Of a DNA stretch of 64,000 bases, positions 13,201 to 27,066 are shown piece after piece. Under the pieces are notes generated by a model that worked only from the letters and a program-made list of their open reading frames with translations, was not told where the DNA came from and searched no databases. Position numbers and translations under genes: made by a program. The stretch is taken from assembly GCA_039621445.1 (NCBI GenBank), contig CP154954.1:33085455-33149454 (forward strand), written 5' to 3'. The stretch is from Euglena gracilis. Its lineage: Eukaryota. Every line of letters starts with the position of its first letter. Within the stretch, counting starts at the first letter, position 1.

Positions 13201-16200
13201 TAGAGACGGAAGCTGCGAACCCGCTCCACGGTTGACCCTGGCAGGTGACTCCGACCAAGCTGGATGCGTACCGCAACGACCTGACCGACCTCTCCGTCGT
13301 CGCCCACCTGGCCAGCGCCCGCGCATCTGGCGCATCCGCCGACCGTGCCCCAGTTTGCAGGCGGATCTCCGCGTACATGAATGCATGAAATGTTAGCAAG
13401 CTTCATGCACAGCTGCCAAGAATGGGTGCATATGACGGCTTTTTATTTTATTTGGTGGATGGTGCTGTCGGGGTCGAGGTGTAGCACACACATGGCAAAG
13501 GTCACCCTCGCCATTACGATTTGCCCTGGCCTCCATCAACCCCCCCCCCCGACCCCACGGCACGGGCCCCTGACAGCCCTTGACGCCCCCCCCCCCCACG
13601 GCCGGGTGCTGCCCCCGCCCCGACTACTGTCACTCGGCGCGGGCCGCAACGCCCTCGCCGACCTCGGCCCCTGCCTCCGGCGGCCGCTGCTCCTGCAGAC
13701 CCTCCTCCTGTACCACAATCACATCCGGGCCCTCCCGCCGCAGCTGCACACCGTGCTGAGGTCCAGGCTGGCAGGCCCCTCATGTTCATTCCTGGGGCTT
13801 TTCCTGCAAAAGAAAACACACCGAAGGAACCGGAAAATTCCAGCATCAAATGCCTGGGGTATACCGAAATTCCTGCGATTGCAACAAATGGGTCGGATGG
13901 TGTACGCCCAATGACATCCGGCAATGCCGCTATTGTGTGTATGGTTTCGAGCAGCAGGAAGGTTTTTGCTTGGCCCATTGATTTGAGATAATCCAAAAAA
14001 TCCACCACAATGAATGCACCTCGAGCGATAGGCTTTGAGGTAAGTTTAAGGAATGCATGGCAGCAGATGGGTGTGTCGTTTAACGCCTCCCGCCACACCG
14101 AGATTCGCGCAGGGTGGCCAGAAAAAGAGTGGTTCCAGCCCAGGCCTCCGGCCAATACTGCAGCAGCTCTGGCTGAACGAGAACCACATCGGGCGCCTGC
14201 CCGCCCTTTCCTTCGCCCCCCTGCTGTGCCACCTGCAGCTGAACTCCAACCGCATCGCTGGTGTGCCCCATTCCCGAAAAGGGTGGCTGCGGCTTTGGGT
14301 TGCAGCCGGGGACGTGGCGCACATTTCCATTCCACACACGGCCCTTGGGGCACCCCCCCCCCCCCGGGTGGGCCCAGCGGACCAGCCAACTCTCCCGCCC
14401 CCTCGGGTCCAAACTTAACAAAATTCCTGGTCCGGTCATCGAACCAACTAAAACCCCCCAAATATAAAGCCCCCCCAGCTTTATATTTGGACAGGATTTC
14501 AAGACCCTCAGGGGGGGCTTTATATTTGGGGGGGATCAAACTTTTTTGGGAGGCCTCTATGACCTTCGGCAGCCTTCAATTGTGGCCAAATACCAAAACA
14601 AATTTTATGCCAAATTTTCGTTGCGTACTACCTATTTTACCCAAAAATGTGCAATTATTGTCCAAAAAAAATGGTCCATTTCTGGCGAAAAAAAATGTTG
14701 CATCCACCCAAATTCTTCTTCTTTTTCTTGAATGGCACCATCGTCCGGCTCCACATCAGGGCAGGGCGGTCCATAAGGGACGGGAAGTTTTTTTTTTTTT
14801 TTTTCGTTAAGGACCGCCCCTTAAGGACCGCCCCCCCGACCAAGGATCGACCGGGACTTGAACGGGGGTCGAAAACCAAAAAGTCGAAAAACGCATTCTT
14901 TGACGCTATGGGCGGATGGGCGATGTTCCAAAAGTGCCAGGAATCACTTTTTTTCCCGAAGTCGACCCGTTTCGGGCAAAATACGGCCACTTTTCGGTCA
15001 TGGATTTTCAAAAAAATTTCTCGGCTGTGCCGGGACGGGATTTTTTTTTTTTTTTTTTTGCTTAAGGACCGCCCTGCATCAGGGGGGGGGGGGGCTACAT
15101 TTGGGCGGCAAAACCAAACCCCCTGGGGGGGGGGGGCTTTAGATTTGGGGGGAGGTTATTATTTTGGATGTGGTCCAAAATAGAGAATTCAAAAAACGTT
15201 ATTTTTTGAGGGTTGGATGGACAATGTTCCCGGATGCCAGAAATATTTTTTCTTCCTGGATTTGGCTTGTTTTAGGGATTTTGCGACTTCATTTTTTTTG
15301 GCTCAGTCGATTTTTCTGCCAGTCCATTGAATACAGGTTGTTTCAGGCACCCTCAGGCATTTTCAGCATTTTGACGGAAGAAATTTTGAGGCATTTTCAG
15401 GGTTTCCAGGCTTTTAGGGCGCCTCAAAGAACATTGATTGCTTACCCTCTCCGCGGCAGACATCGCGGGCCTCGCGGCGTGCCTGCAGCTGGGGTCGCTC
15501 GACCTGTCCTTCAACGCCCTCGGCGACCGGGGCCAGTGGCGGCACCTCGCCGGCTGCCGGCGGCTGCAGGCCCTCGCCCTCAACGACAACCCGGCTACCC
15601 ACTGGGCCGCCCTCCCCGCCGGCCCCCAGCGGCAGGAGGAGGTCCCCATGCCACCACCCCCCGGCGCTGCTGCCTCTTGGCCCCTGCCTCTCATGGTGTT
15701 GCGTTGCGGCGGTCCCGTCCCCGGCTTGGACCCGCATCTCCCCATGTCTCCGTCAGGTGGACCGTTACCGCCGGGAGGTCATCGCGCTGCTGCCGGCACT
15801 GCGCGAGCTGGACAACGCCGACGTCTCCCCCACGGAGCGCCGGGCGGCGCAGTCGGCCGCGTTCGCCGTCCCCGGGCACCGGCACCTGCTGGCATGCCGC
15901 CGGCTGCCCAAGGTGGGGGTGCCGAGGGTTTCTTTGAGGACGAGCGCGAGACAGTCGTGGTTCGGTTTGTCTCCCCTCGAAGGTCCAGTGCAAACGGCTT
16001 CCTACGTCACCCATTCCCCGATTTGGTCAACCATCATGACACGATGAGAAGTTGATCAGCGTGTCCATACTCATCAACCCCGGCCTCCTGGCCCCTCGGT
16101 TGCCATTTTGGCAGGAGGGGGGTTGCCCTGCAATTCCACTCCGAGGCTGCTCTCTGCCCCCACTGTGGCCAACCTGGTTGCAAACAGGGTTGGCTCCCCC

Positions 16201-19200
16201 CCTTCACTGGCCCATTTGGCTGAACCCAACCTCCCCAGACCCCCCCCCGCCTTGCCCCCGTGCTTCGACCACAACCTGCCGCTGCCCGCAGTGCTGCTGC
16301 AGCCCCAGCCCGGCGGGGCCCCGCCCACCCCGGCCTGGGGGCCCATCCTCCGGGCGGGGCCCACCTACCCGCCGCCCCAAACCAGGCATTATGTTTTGAG
16401 GTGGAAATTTTCAAATATTTTAAGTGCTTTTAAAGTTATTTATTTTTAATTAAATTTATTAAATCCATCCATCCAAGGACCCATCCGGGAGTCGAATGGG
16501 GTCCAAAATCAAAAGTGGAAACCTCCTATTTTTTGAGTCGGGGTGGAAATACAACTTCCCAGTGATGCCAGAAATTATTTTCCCCGGAGTTGGTTATTTT
16601 TTTTGCCGAGGGTTTTCGAATTTTTGCTCGGTTGGAGAAAAGTTTTGCCAACAATGATTTCTTATCAGCTTCAGAAGGGTTAGAAAGGCGACTTAAAAAA
16701 AAGCAATGCCTGCCCCGACCCCCAGCGGGGTTGTGGGACACCCGCTGCAGCGCAGCCTCGGCCCGGAGGCCTGGCGGCTGCGGACGTTCGATGCGATGTG
16801 CCCGAGGGGCTTGCCTGGGGGGGCCTTTGGTTGTTGGCCGGTTTCCTCGGCAGGCAGCAATGTATGCCTCCATTTGGTGTCTGGGTTTATTTTTGCCTTG
16901 ATTGACGAGCTTGCCAATAGTATTAGCATCGCACTTTAAATCTAACAGACAATCAACGATTTGGTATATAAAAAGCCCCAGCTCATACCCATTTCCTTCA
17001 ATTCGTTTTTGGCTTCAATTAGCCAACCGCAAACACAATCAGCTTTATTACAAGGAGCAAATGTCCTGTGCTACCCTCAAAGATCCTGTTGCTGCCCTTA
17101 AAGGTGAAATGCATCTAGGTTGGCAATGTGTGGTTAAATTATCCCACTCTGCTTGTATGCAGCCATACACGGTCATATTTCCCGTTTCCTCTTCAATTTC
17201 CTCATCCGGCAGATTAAAGACATTCATGGCGGTGATTCGGTCTTCTGGATTTGTGTTGGGGTGAAGTGCCGCACCATGTGGTTGAACAACGTCCCCAGTT
17301 ATCATGTGCAAGTCCATCGCGAAAAGATAAAGCACAGCAAGATCAGTCTAATCGATGCAGTTGCAGAAATGGGCAGGATTCTTTGATATTGATGATTCCA
17401 GTGGAACGAGGATGGTCGGCCCGCGATCCGCTGGCCAAGCCCCTGGCCCCGCTCCGCCCAGCGGCGGGAGCAGCACGCCCAGCGCCAGGCGCAGAAGGCC
17501 GAGCTGCAGCGGCTGCCGCCCCCGACCTCGTCCGGTGTGCCGCAGCACCAATGGACTCCCGACCAGGTTCCCTGGGAGGCGCAAGGATGGCTAGATAGGT
17601 CCCCATTGAGAATTGTTTGTGCGGAAGTGTGCCAGCTCTGGCCAAATGAAACCAGCTCCACTTTCCAAGCCACACATCGGACGTATCATTTGGCAAACGT
17701 TTGACCCCTCCCCCTCATGCCCAGGGTCGCACAGCCACCCGAGTCAGGCGGACGTGCTCGCCGCCCGGCACCAGCTGGAGCTGTACCACGCGGAGGAGGC
17801 GGTGCGGCTCGCGGCGCAGCACGTGGTCCAGCACGCGGACTGGAACGCCGCCCCGCACCAGGCAGTGGTCCGCCTGTCCATTGCATACCGGCCAGGCCGC
17901 CCCGTCTGCCGACGAGAAGAGTTGGTCCGCCCCGGGGTCGACCCCCCTCCTCCGCAACAGGCTTCATTTTTAACTCGAAAGACCTTTCTCGGGGTGCGTG
18001 CGGTCCGGAGCCGGGCCCCCGGGGGGAGGGGTCCCGCGCCGGACCCCTTCCCAACCCCCAACCGAACCCCCATGGGGACCCATGGGGTCTGGGGATCGAC
18101 GCCGGGCGGTGGTGGCGGTGGCTCCGGGTCCAAGCACTCTGCACAGGGGGGGGGGGGGGTCTGCCGCCAGCAGCGGCTGCGCAGCCACCGGGAGCAGCAG
18201 GCGCGGCAGCGCATCGGCCGGTGGCTGGGCGGGCGGCTGGCGGTGCGCCGCGCGGTGGCGGAGCGGCGGCGGCGGGCGGCGGAGCGGTGGGAAGAGTGGC
18301 GGCGGCGGTACGAGCAGGAATTTCTTCGGATTGGACCCTCACCCCACCACCTGGGGGGGGGGGGGGGCGGCAACCAGCCAGCACCTTTTCCCCGGCCGGC
18401 AGCTCCCAGCCGGGCCACAGACCCCCCAGGGGAGTGTCTGGTCCAGGTCAGCACCTCCGGCAGGCTGGCTGGCGGGACCCCCCTTCAGGAATTCCTGGGG
18501 TCCGAGGTAGCGTGCCGCCGCATCCAGCCCGTGTGGCGGGGGGCCGTGCTGCGGATGCGGCTGGCCCGGGTCAAGGTGCGCTGCCATCCGCTTCAAGCAG
18601 AAATGCCACAAACTGATTGGGGCAGCCCTCCAAATGTGTAAACCATCGTATACTGTATTGTATTGGGGTTCAGCTTCATCCGGAAGGATGGGGCACCCAC
18701 TGTTTGCTTGTGGGGGTTCGGCGGGTGGGGATCTTACCAAACAGGGGGGGGGGGCACAAACGCGTTTGTTTTTTTTTGCTTTTTTGTGTGTTTTTCAATT
18801 TTGGCAAGATTTCAGGCTCTTTTTGTGTTTGTCCGGGTGCGGTTATTCAGTTTTTTTTGCGTTAACGTTTTTTTTCCTGATTATGAAAATTCCTCATTTC
18901 GGCCCCAATTTCCCATGGGAACAAAATTTTTGTCAAATTCCTGTCTTTTTTGCATTTTTGGTCAATAAATCTGCATATTTTTATGAAAATACCCCACAGA
19001 GGTGGAAAAATCCTCTCCAGCAGAAAATGTACATCCCGGGGGAGCTCCTGACGGACAACGCATGCAAATTGCGGTTTTTGCATTATTTGTGTTCATTTGT
19101 GCTTTTTTTTTGCGTCATTTTTGAGGATCCATGTTGTCTCCCCCCCCCCCCCCCCATACCATGGCTTAAGGTGTCCGAGCACCCCCCCCCCCCCCGGGTG

Positions 19201-22200
19201 ACTGTTAGTCCTTGGGGGGGGGGGGGGGTTGGCCAGGAATGACCGAAAGTGGCCACCCTGCGCCGAAGACACCAGAAATTTGGGGGGGTGGTTTGGCCAA
19301 ATCCATTTATTTTCAGCGTTTTTGGCCCGAGTGGCTAACCCAGGGGGGGGGGGACAGGAAGTGATTGACCAGTTTTTTGAAAGTGGAAAGTGACCCTCCC
19401 CCGCAGGGGGGTCGGTAAGCAATGGTAAACCTCCCTCCCAACTGACCTGGCGGGCCCTTGCTCCTGGCAGTGGCCAGATAACCTGGCAGGAGGGGCAAAA
19501 AACTTGGTTCCAGTAACTTGGCACCCCCTTTTCAGGCAAAATTCCTTTATGGCGCTGAGAAAAGGGCCCAAATAGCCTGGCGGGGGGGGGGGGGCAGGGC
19601 CAAAAGTTGGATCCAATAGCCTGGCACCCCGTCAGGTTATTTGGGGGGGGGGTTATGGTGAAGGTCCCATCAGCCGAACGAATGCACTCGCAAGCAGTGG
19701 TGGCCTCTGGAGCATCCATAATTTGTCTGTGTCGCTGAAGTCAAAGTTTTGGCAGGGACATCAAATGAGGTTGGAACCAGAGATTCATTTAACACTTGTG
19801 TGACCCCCCCCCGGGGGGGGAGTTTCGAGAGTGGGTGAGTGGGTTGGGCCCGTGGACTCCCCTGAGGGGTGGGGTGCGATAGGGTCGGATTTTCTGCCTG
19901 GCCAACGGCCGGGTCAGAGAAGTTTTTGAGGCGATTTTGGCTGGATTCTGGGTGGGTGGGCGGGTGGTTGACCCCCGTAGGGGGATTGTGGGTGGGTGGG
20001 TTTTTGAGACAAGTGGGTGGATGGATGGGTGGGTTTGGCCCCGGGGGAAACGTGCCGCCCCGGGGGGGGGGGGGGGGCCCAGTGCATCTATGGTTGGAAT
20101 GGTTATGTGCCACCTCCCCTGTCCCCTGCCCCCGTGGCATTGTCCCCCTCCAGCTGGAGGACGACGACGCGGAGCTGTACGGCCGGGTGGAGGTGGCGTT
20201 TGACGAGGAGAGGTACCTGCCCCGGGCGGTGCTTGTCATACTCCCCCCCGTGATGACGACGACGGGTGTGGAGTGGGGAAGAAGGCTGGGCGACGGCGGA
20301 AGAAGACGGGCTTTCTTTTCTTCGTGGTGGACCGCCCTGCCCCCCCCCCCAGCAAAGCGCTCGCCCGGTGGCCGGCCGTCAACGTGTCGACGGTGTTGGC
20401 GCAGGCGATGGCGGCCCATGGCCTGGACCGGCCCCCACCGGACCCCGCCGCCCCCACCCCCATGGAGGAGTACCTCCGCCGCAACCCACCGCCGCCTGCC
20501 CCGTCGCCGATGCCGGGGCCGGGGGCCCCGCCCAGCCTGCCGCCCCCACCCGACCCAAACACCCAGGGTTGACCCAGAGAACCACCCTCCCAGTCCTTCC
20601 AAAAAAGTTTTTATAGAAATTCATCACGCTTTCTGTGAAGTTCACCACTTGTTGTTTGAAAATTCAGAATTCTGTTTTGGTGACTCCTAATTCAGTTTAA
20701 AATTTGAATTTCACAGACAGAAGGTTTGGAATCTTTTCAACATTCGATTTTCCGCTCATGCCATCTTCTGCATACCGCATTTTCCGCTGATCTGAAATTT
20801 TCATCGTTTCTTTTTCGCCATCCATTATGATGCATTGGAAACGCTGTACCGGCTGAGCCAACGAACCAACCGAAACGACTGAAAAACAGGCCAAGACACG
20901 TTGAGGTTGGGGGAAGACCGGTCAGCGCCCTGTAACCGACGCCAGCCGCACGGTTCATGCCTGGATGAACGACAGTGCGCCACAGCCTGTCCCGAGCCAC
21001 GGTGTGCCCCTCGCTTTCCTGGGTGCCTGCCCCCCCCCCATCGACATCGATCTTTTTTCTCGGTAGTTTAACTTTTGAAGGTTTGAACAGATGTATTTAT
21101 ATTTCATTTGTTCCCGTTTATTTATATTTTATTATTTTATTATTATTTTATTTTCTCCCATTTCTGAACTTTTTTCTGGTTAGTTTTCTTTTTATTTGCT
21201 CAAAAAGGACACAAAAAAAGCAAGGCAACAAAAGAAGTGGGATTTTATTAAATTTTAAGCTTTGCTTTGACGCCTTTAAGAAGTGTGTCTTGGAATGTTT
21301 ATTTAAACGGCCGGGAATGCACTTTTCATTTTTGGTGGCTTTTTACGCACCTGCACATTCTTTTTTGACCAAATGTGTCGCCATCACTTGACGGGGCGGC
21401 GCACCCGTCAGCTGGAACCCGTGGTACCAAAATTAGTACCACTGCTTTCGACCCCCGGGTTTTTTTCTGGGTAAACCGACTTTTTTCGTTTTGAAAATGA
21501 CGGTTTACCACCTCCGCCGACCGTGTGGAAACCCCCGTCTGCCGAAGTTGGTGCGACACGAAACGCTGTATCGCAAGGGCGAACCCTCGTCAGGTGAAGC
21601 TGTTGTACCTGTCGCTGTCCCCCCTGTTTTGTGGTGCCCAGTGAATGCGCAGGTGTGCATTCACCCCCCTCCCCTCCCGGACTTTTCCTGAAGTTTCAGT
21701 TATTGTGGCTCCTGGGGGTGGGGGTGGGAAGGGGGCATTGTGGTCTCTACGGTTAGACTGGAGGGGAGGTTCTGTACCCTGTGTTGGAAGCAGGGCACAA
21801 GGGGGCGCTAGCGAAGGTTTGTTCTGTGCCTGTAGTCTGCATTCAGAGAGTGGTGGGGAGGGTATGTTTAAATCCACACCAGATGTCTGTAGGGGAGGGC
21901 TCGTTACCTTTCGTTAGGCTGCCTGCTGTTTGCATTGCACACGGTGCACTGCGCCCCTCCTTGACACATGCAGGCACAGCATCCCTCCAGTGGCACCCGC
22001 AGTCCGTCCCGCATGCCTTCTCATAGGCACCACGGCACATCACCATGTGCGACCACCTGTGTTTAGGTCTGACGTTTGGGATGGGCTGCTGGGTATGGAG
22101 GGGGGGGCTGGCTTGCATTCCTCTCCTGTGTGTCACTGGTTTTAAAAGCTACAAAACGGAGCCCCACTTCAACCCTTTTTGCCACAGACTACACCCACCA

Positions 22201-25200
22201 GAACAGCCCTCACAAACAACATAAAATGGCTCCTCTCCGAGGTTGCATGAGGCACAAGAATGCGCACGTGCGCACTCTTGAGGCCATTCCTTCGCTGGCT
22301 GGCTGTGATTCTATCTGCAGAAAAGCAGGAGGGGAGCAACGCTGGGCATCCACAAGAGTGCGCACCTGCGCATTCCGTGAGGGGGAGTGCGCATGTGCGC
22401 ATTCTCTGTGTTGTGGGGAGCTGTGTCTTGCACTCCTGAACCCAGTGCTAGCGCAGCATTGTGACAGGGCTACACCCTTTTTGTTAGCGATTTCAGAGGC
22501 ATCTCATTGCAAAGATGGATGCCGCCAGTAGGGTGGACGTCTCCTGGGCTGCCTCCACCTTGTGTGCTGAGTTGTTTTGGCATGGCCCTGCATAGCAACC
22601 TCCTACCAGGGTGCTTTAAGGTGAGACACAAGAAGGGAATGCGCATGTGCGCATTCACCCTGATGTGCCATGTTTGACTGCAGCCATTGCAGATGAGGTG
22701 TGTGGAGAAAGTGTCTTCATATGTGCTTTCCTTGGTCTTGGACAGCGGCCAGGGGTTGTGTGGCTTTGAGTGCTGGAGCGTCGACTCTGAGTACATGATA
22801 AAAAAGGGATCTGTGTGGTGGGTGACGTTTGTTGCCAACAAGGCCACAGGCGGTGGTCCTCCCCTGCCGTGTTTCGCTTCAGGGTTGCTTTGTCCTCGGA
22901 CACCATTCGATCCTCACAGGGAGGTCTATATTTCAGCCATGTGGTTTTAAACCCAGGCCTGGTGGGGGGGGAGTGAGCGTGGGTGGTGGCAGGCCCACCT
23001 GGGTGTACAAAATTCAGCAGTGTGGCTGTAATTCAAAGAAAGGCACAAGACGCTTTTTTGCGCATGTGTGCATTCACCGTCTTTTCACTCATGCCATGAA
23101 AGACTGCTGACCGCAGTTGGGAATTAGGGTGCCCGTCACTGAGGAATTTCCTTGGGCACTGAAGTCCCTTTCTCATCCATTGTCCATGGTGCGACACAGT
23201 GGAATACACAGAACAAGCAGGAAGGGAAAAATTGTCGGTTCTATCGGTCGTTTTCTTTTGTGATGTGCTTGTGCCTGACTCACGGTCTCAAGGGCCTGGA
23301 GAATTTTTGGTCAAGGACTGTCCAATCGCGTTCACTTCTTTGAGTCCATTTTGATTGTGAAATAATTCTGTGTTTACAGACCGTTTTTGGGAATGATGCC
23401 GAAGGTGGTGATAGGCGTGTTTCACTCTCAAGGTGCCAACCCCGTGAGCACCATGTGTGTGGAACCAGACGCAATCCCCTGCTTTGACCCTAATTGTGGG
23501 GCACAGTGCTCCTTGCACCATGCACTGCAGCCCAACGTAAGGTTGGTCAGTGCGGCCATTGGCTGTGTGCTGCCATGCATGCTCTGGGGCGGTGCTGCAG
23601 GTGTCGTCAAGTCATTGAACAAAACAGAATGCGCGCCTGCGCATTCGACTTCACCTGCTGCAGTCCAGTGCCCAGCCCAGCCTATGCTGCTTTTATGAAC
23701 GTGTGGAGCACCTCACAACGCACGTGCAACCGTCCCCCACCCGGCGGAGGTGATGGGCCGGTTGCTGCCAGCGTTGTTCCAAGAGCAGCGTGGAAAACCC
23801 TGGGCTCAGCGACGGCAGGTGTCAAGGCAAGAATTCACGTCCTTCAGTGAGGGGGAACTGCCCCCCTGCAGGTGTTTCAGGGTGTGGTCTGGTGCAGCGA
23901 CAGGGTTGCCAAGGGGTGATTCTGTTGGTTCATCTCCCCCTCACACACCCATGTTCTTCAAGCCCGAACCACGTCATTTTTTTGGATTTATGAGGGATTA
24001 TTATCACTTGTCTCTGATATTATGCCCATTTTGGCGATTTGGATTCGGTTTTTGTGAATCTGGGGCCATTTTGACAAATTTGGGTCAATATTGAGCTGAT
24101 TTGGGGCTTTTGGGCTTTGCTTGGTCAAAATGAGCAAGTGCAAAATATTTCAGGTCATTTTACACCATTTTGTTTTTTTGTGTGCATTTTTGTAGCCGAT
24201 GCTTTATGCCATTCTTTATCTTTGTGACCATTTTCGCTCATTTGGAAAGATTTTCGAAAAAATTCACAAAGCAATTTGTTCAATAGATTCCATGGGCATC
24301 TATGCGATACAAGTTGGCGCTGGATTCCACATGTGTGGAATGTGCTTTCGGTTCTGTGCTTGCTCACTTTGCACACTTTTGCTCATTTTTGGGGTCATTT
24401 CACATATCTCTGATGACAACTTTCAAAACCACCCACCTGGATAATATTTCTCATTCTCATTCCGACCCTAATTGGATGTGTTTTGATGAGACTTGCCACA
24501 TTTGAGGCATTTTGGGGTGTTTTATGACCCTTTTTTGTGCCATTTTATGACATTTTATGGACATAGAGGTGACATAGAGGTAGAGGTTGAGGTGGAGGTG
24601 GGTCAGATAAAGGTAGAGGTTTTGACCTCGACCTCTACCTCTATCCAGCCCTAGTCTAAATCTCTTGGCGGTCCACAAATCAGCATACCATAGATTGGTG
24701 AGGGCGCTGTTTCTGCCTTGGTCCAATATTGGGCAAAGGGGACGAAGCAAAAATACATTTAAAAAAAATAACCAATGTGGCACGTGATCCGTCAACAAAA
24801 ACAAATTGACAAAACTCGGCGAAACACGAAAGACACGGGCTCATTGAGGCGTCCATGGGCAAAAAGAAAAGTGCAAACACGCACAGACATACAACAGCCA
24901 AGACGAAGAATGTGGCATTGCTTGGCACCAAAGCACAATTGCTTCAACCTGCCATGTGGTTTGCTAGGAAGACAAAATTCTTGGCACCAAAGCACAATTG
25001 CTTCAACCTGCCATGTGGTTTGCTAGGAAGACAAAATTAAGCCAACCAAAATTTATGCACCGCAGTGCAAAAATAAAATCAAAAGGTGAACAACAGACAA
25101 TTCTCTCTTGAAAAACCCTGGTCTGAGCAAATCAGGAAATCCACCCCATTTCCAGAGGTGTTTTTAATGCGCAAAAATGCAGAGCTGCTAAACCCCACAG

Positions 25201-27011
25201 ATATTTGTTCCACAGTTTCGTGTTTGGTCGTTTGTTGGATTGTCGTCTGGGTTTTTTGAGCTCCATTTGGGCGACGTTGGGGTTTTGTGTCATGGGGCTG
25301 CCGTAAATCCATAAAAATTCAGGAACCCTTTCTTTCGCCGTTTTTTTTTAAAAGCCAATAATAAAGAAAATGTGGAGTGAAAATAGATAAAAGTGTCATT
25401 GAATAAAATGAATAAAATTGCACTTTAAGTGCAATTTTTTTAAATATTTTTGTGGTTTTTCTAGTATTGCTTTGAAGAAAAAATCTTGTGTCAAAAATCT
25501 TGATCTTTGAATTGTTTTCGATATTTTTTTCTTTGCTCATAAAGCTAAGAAAAGATCCTAAAATCCAAAAAAACATAAAAAAACACAAATGACATTTTGG
25601 GGTGCGCTTTGTGCAGTTTGGCCTGCACTGGGCTGGGCGGGAGGGAAACCCCCCACCTTTAAGTCTCCACCAGCCTTGGTGGGGTGGGGGGTGAGGGACC
25701 AGGCTTCTGCTCAAGGGTCTGCAGTACCCCTCAGCAGGGGGGGGGGGCTCGACTGCAGCAAGTTCAAATTTGGCTAGTGGACCCCTGGGGGGGGGGGGTG
25801 CGCAAGCAGGGCCAGTTTGTGGATTTTTTTGACAGCCCAACGCCTGCCCCAAATGACCGTTTTTGGCAATTCGGGATTTTTTTGAACAAAATTAGCCCAA
25901 CAACGCCCTGAAAGTCCCATTTCTGCCTCTGACACACAGCGCCGGAGGAGCTTTTTTCCCCCATTTCAGGGGGTTTCAGCCGAGGGGTCTAGCCAGTGGC
26001 TTTTTTCCCCATTGGCTCGGAAAATGGTTTGCTTAAAGACCTCGGTCTTTAAGCAAAACTGCGCGGGGGACAGTGGCAGGCTTTGCTCCCCCCCACCTTC
26101 CCCCGCACAGGCCCCGGTCCGCCGGCCGGCACACCGGCGGAGGAGTGGGGCGGCGTGGCGGACCGCATCCGGCGGATGCAGCGGCGGCGGGAGACCCAGG
26201 CGCGGCGCACCGCCCAGCGGGAGGCGCAGCTGCCCCCGGAGAAGCGGCTGGAGGCCCTGCACCGGAGGCTGGACCAGCAGTTCGCCCGGGGAGGGGCGGT
26301 CTGTGTGTGGGTGGGTGCGTGGGTGGGGGTGTGGGTTTGGGTGTGGTGTGGGGGTGGTGAGAATGGGGGTGGGGGGGTGGGGGTGGGTGCCTGAGCGTGG
26401 GCGCAGCCTTCTGAAAACATCTAGTCCGATTCCCCCAAATGAGGGTCTAAAGTAAATGCTTGATAAAATTTGGTAGTCCACCGTTGTCCTCAGAGCAAGT
26501 GAAAATTTTTCACGCATTCCTAGCTTAGGATTTATGTTCCAAACCATTGAAAGCCCTGTTCTTTTCTCGCACATTTTTTCTGTGCCAGAAATTCATTGAC
26601 TCCTGGCATTTTTTTTGTTGATTAAACTTGTCTGGTTTCCAATGTTTGGTGTTTCAACGTTTTCGGTTTTATTTTCAACGTTTCAGGCACCGCTTTAGAT
26701 TTTGGGGGTGGATTGTGTTTTCGCCTAGCCCCGGCCTCAATGGCCCACCACCAGGAATGTCTGTGGCCCAAACAATCCCTGGCAAGCTGCCTCGGCCGCG
26801 GCTGCGCCTGATGGCACCAACAGCATTGTGCGGAGCACCTGGTGGAAATTGGACACAAGCGTGAAAAAAAGTTTGAATTTGGTTTACATGCATGTGTGTG
26901 TACGTATAATGTAATGTGTGTATGTGTATATGTATTTGTGAATGCACGTGTGTACGTATCCGCATCCATATATGCATACATATTTGTGTATGTACATGTG
27001 TATGTATATGT

Positions 27012-27066
<55 letters not shown>

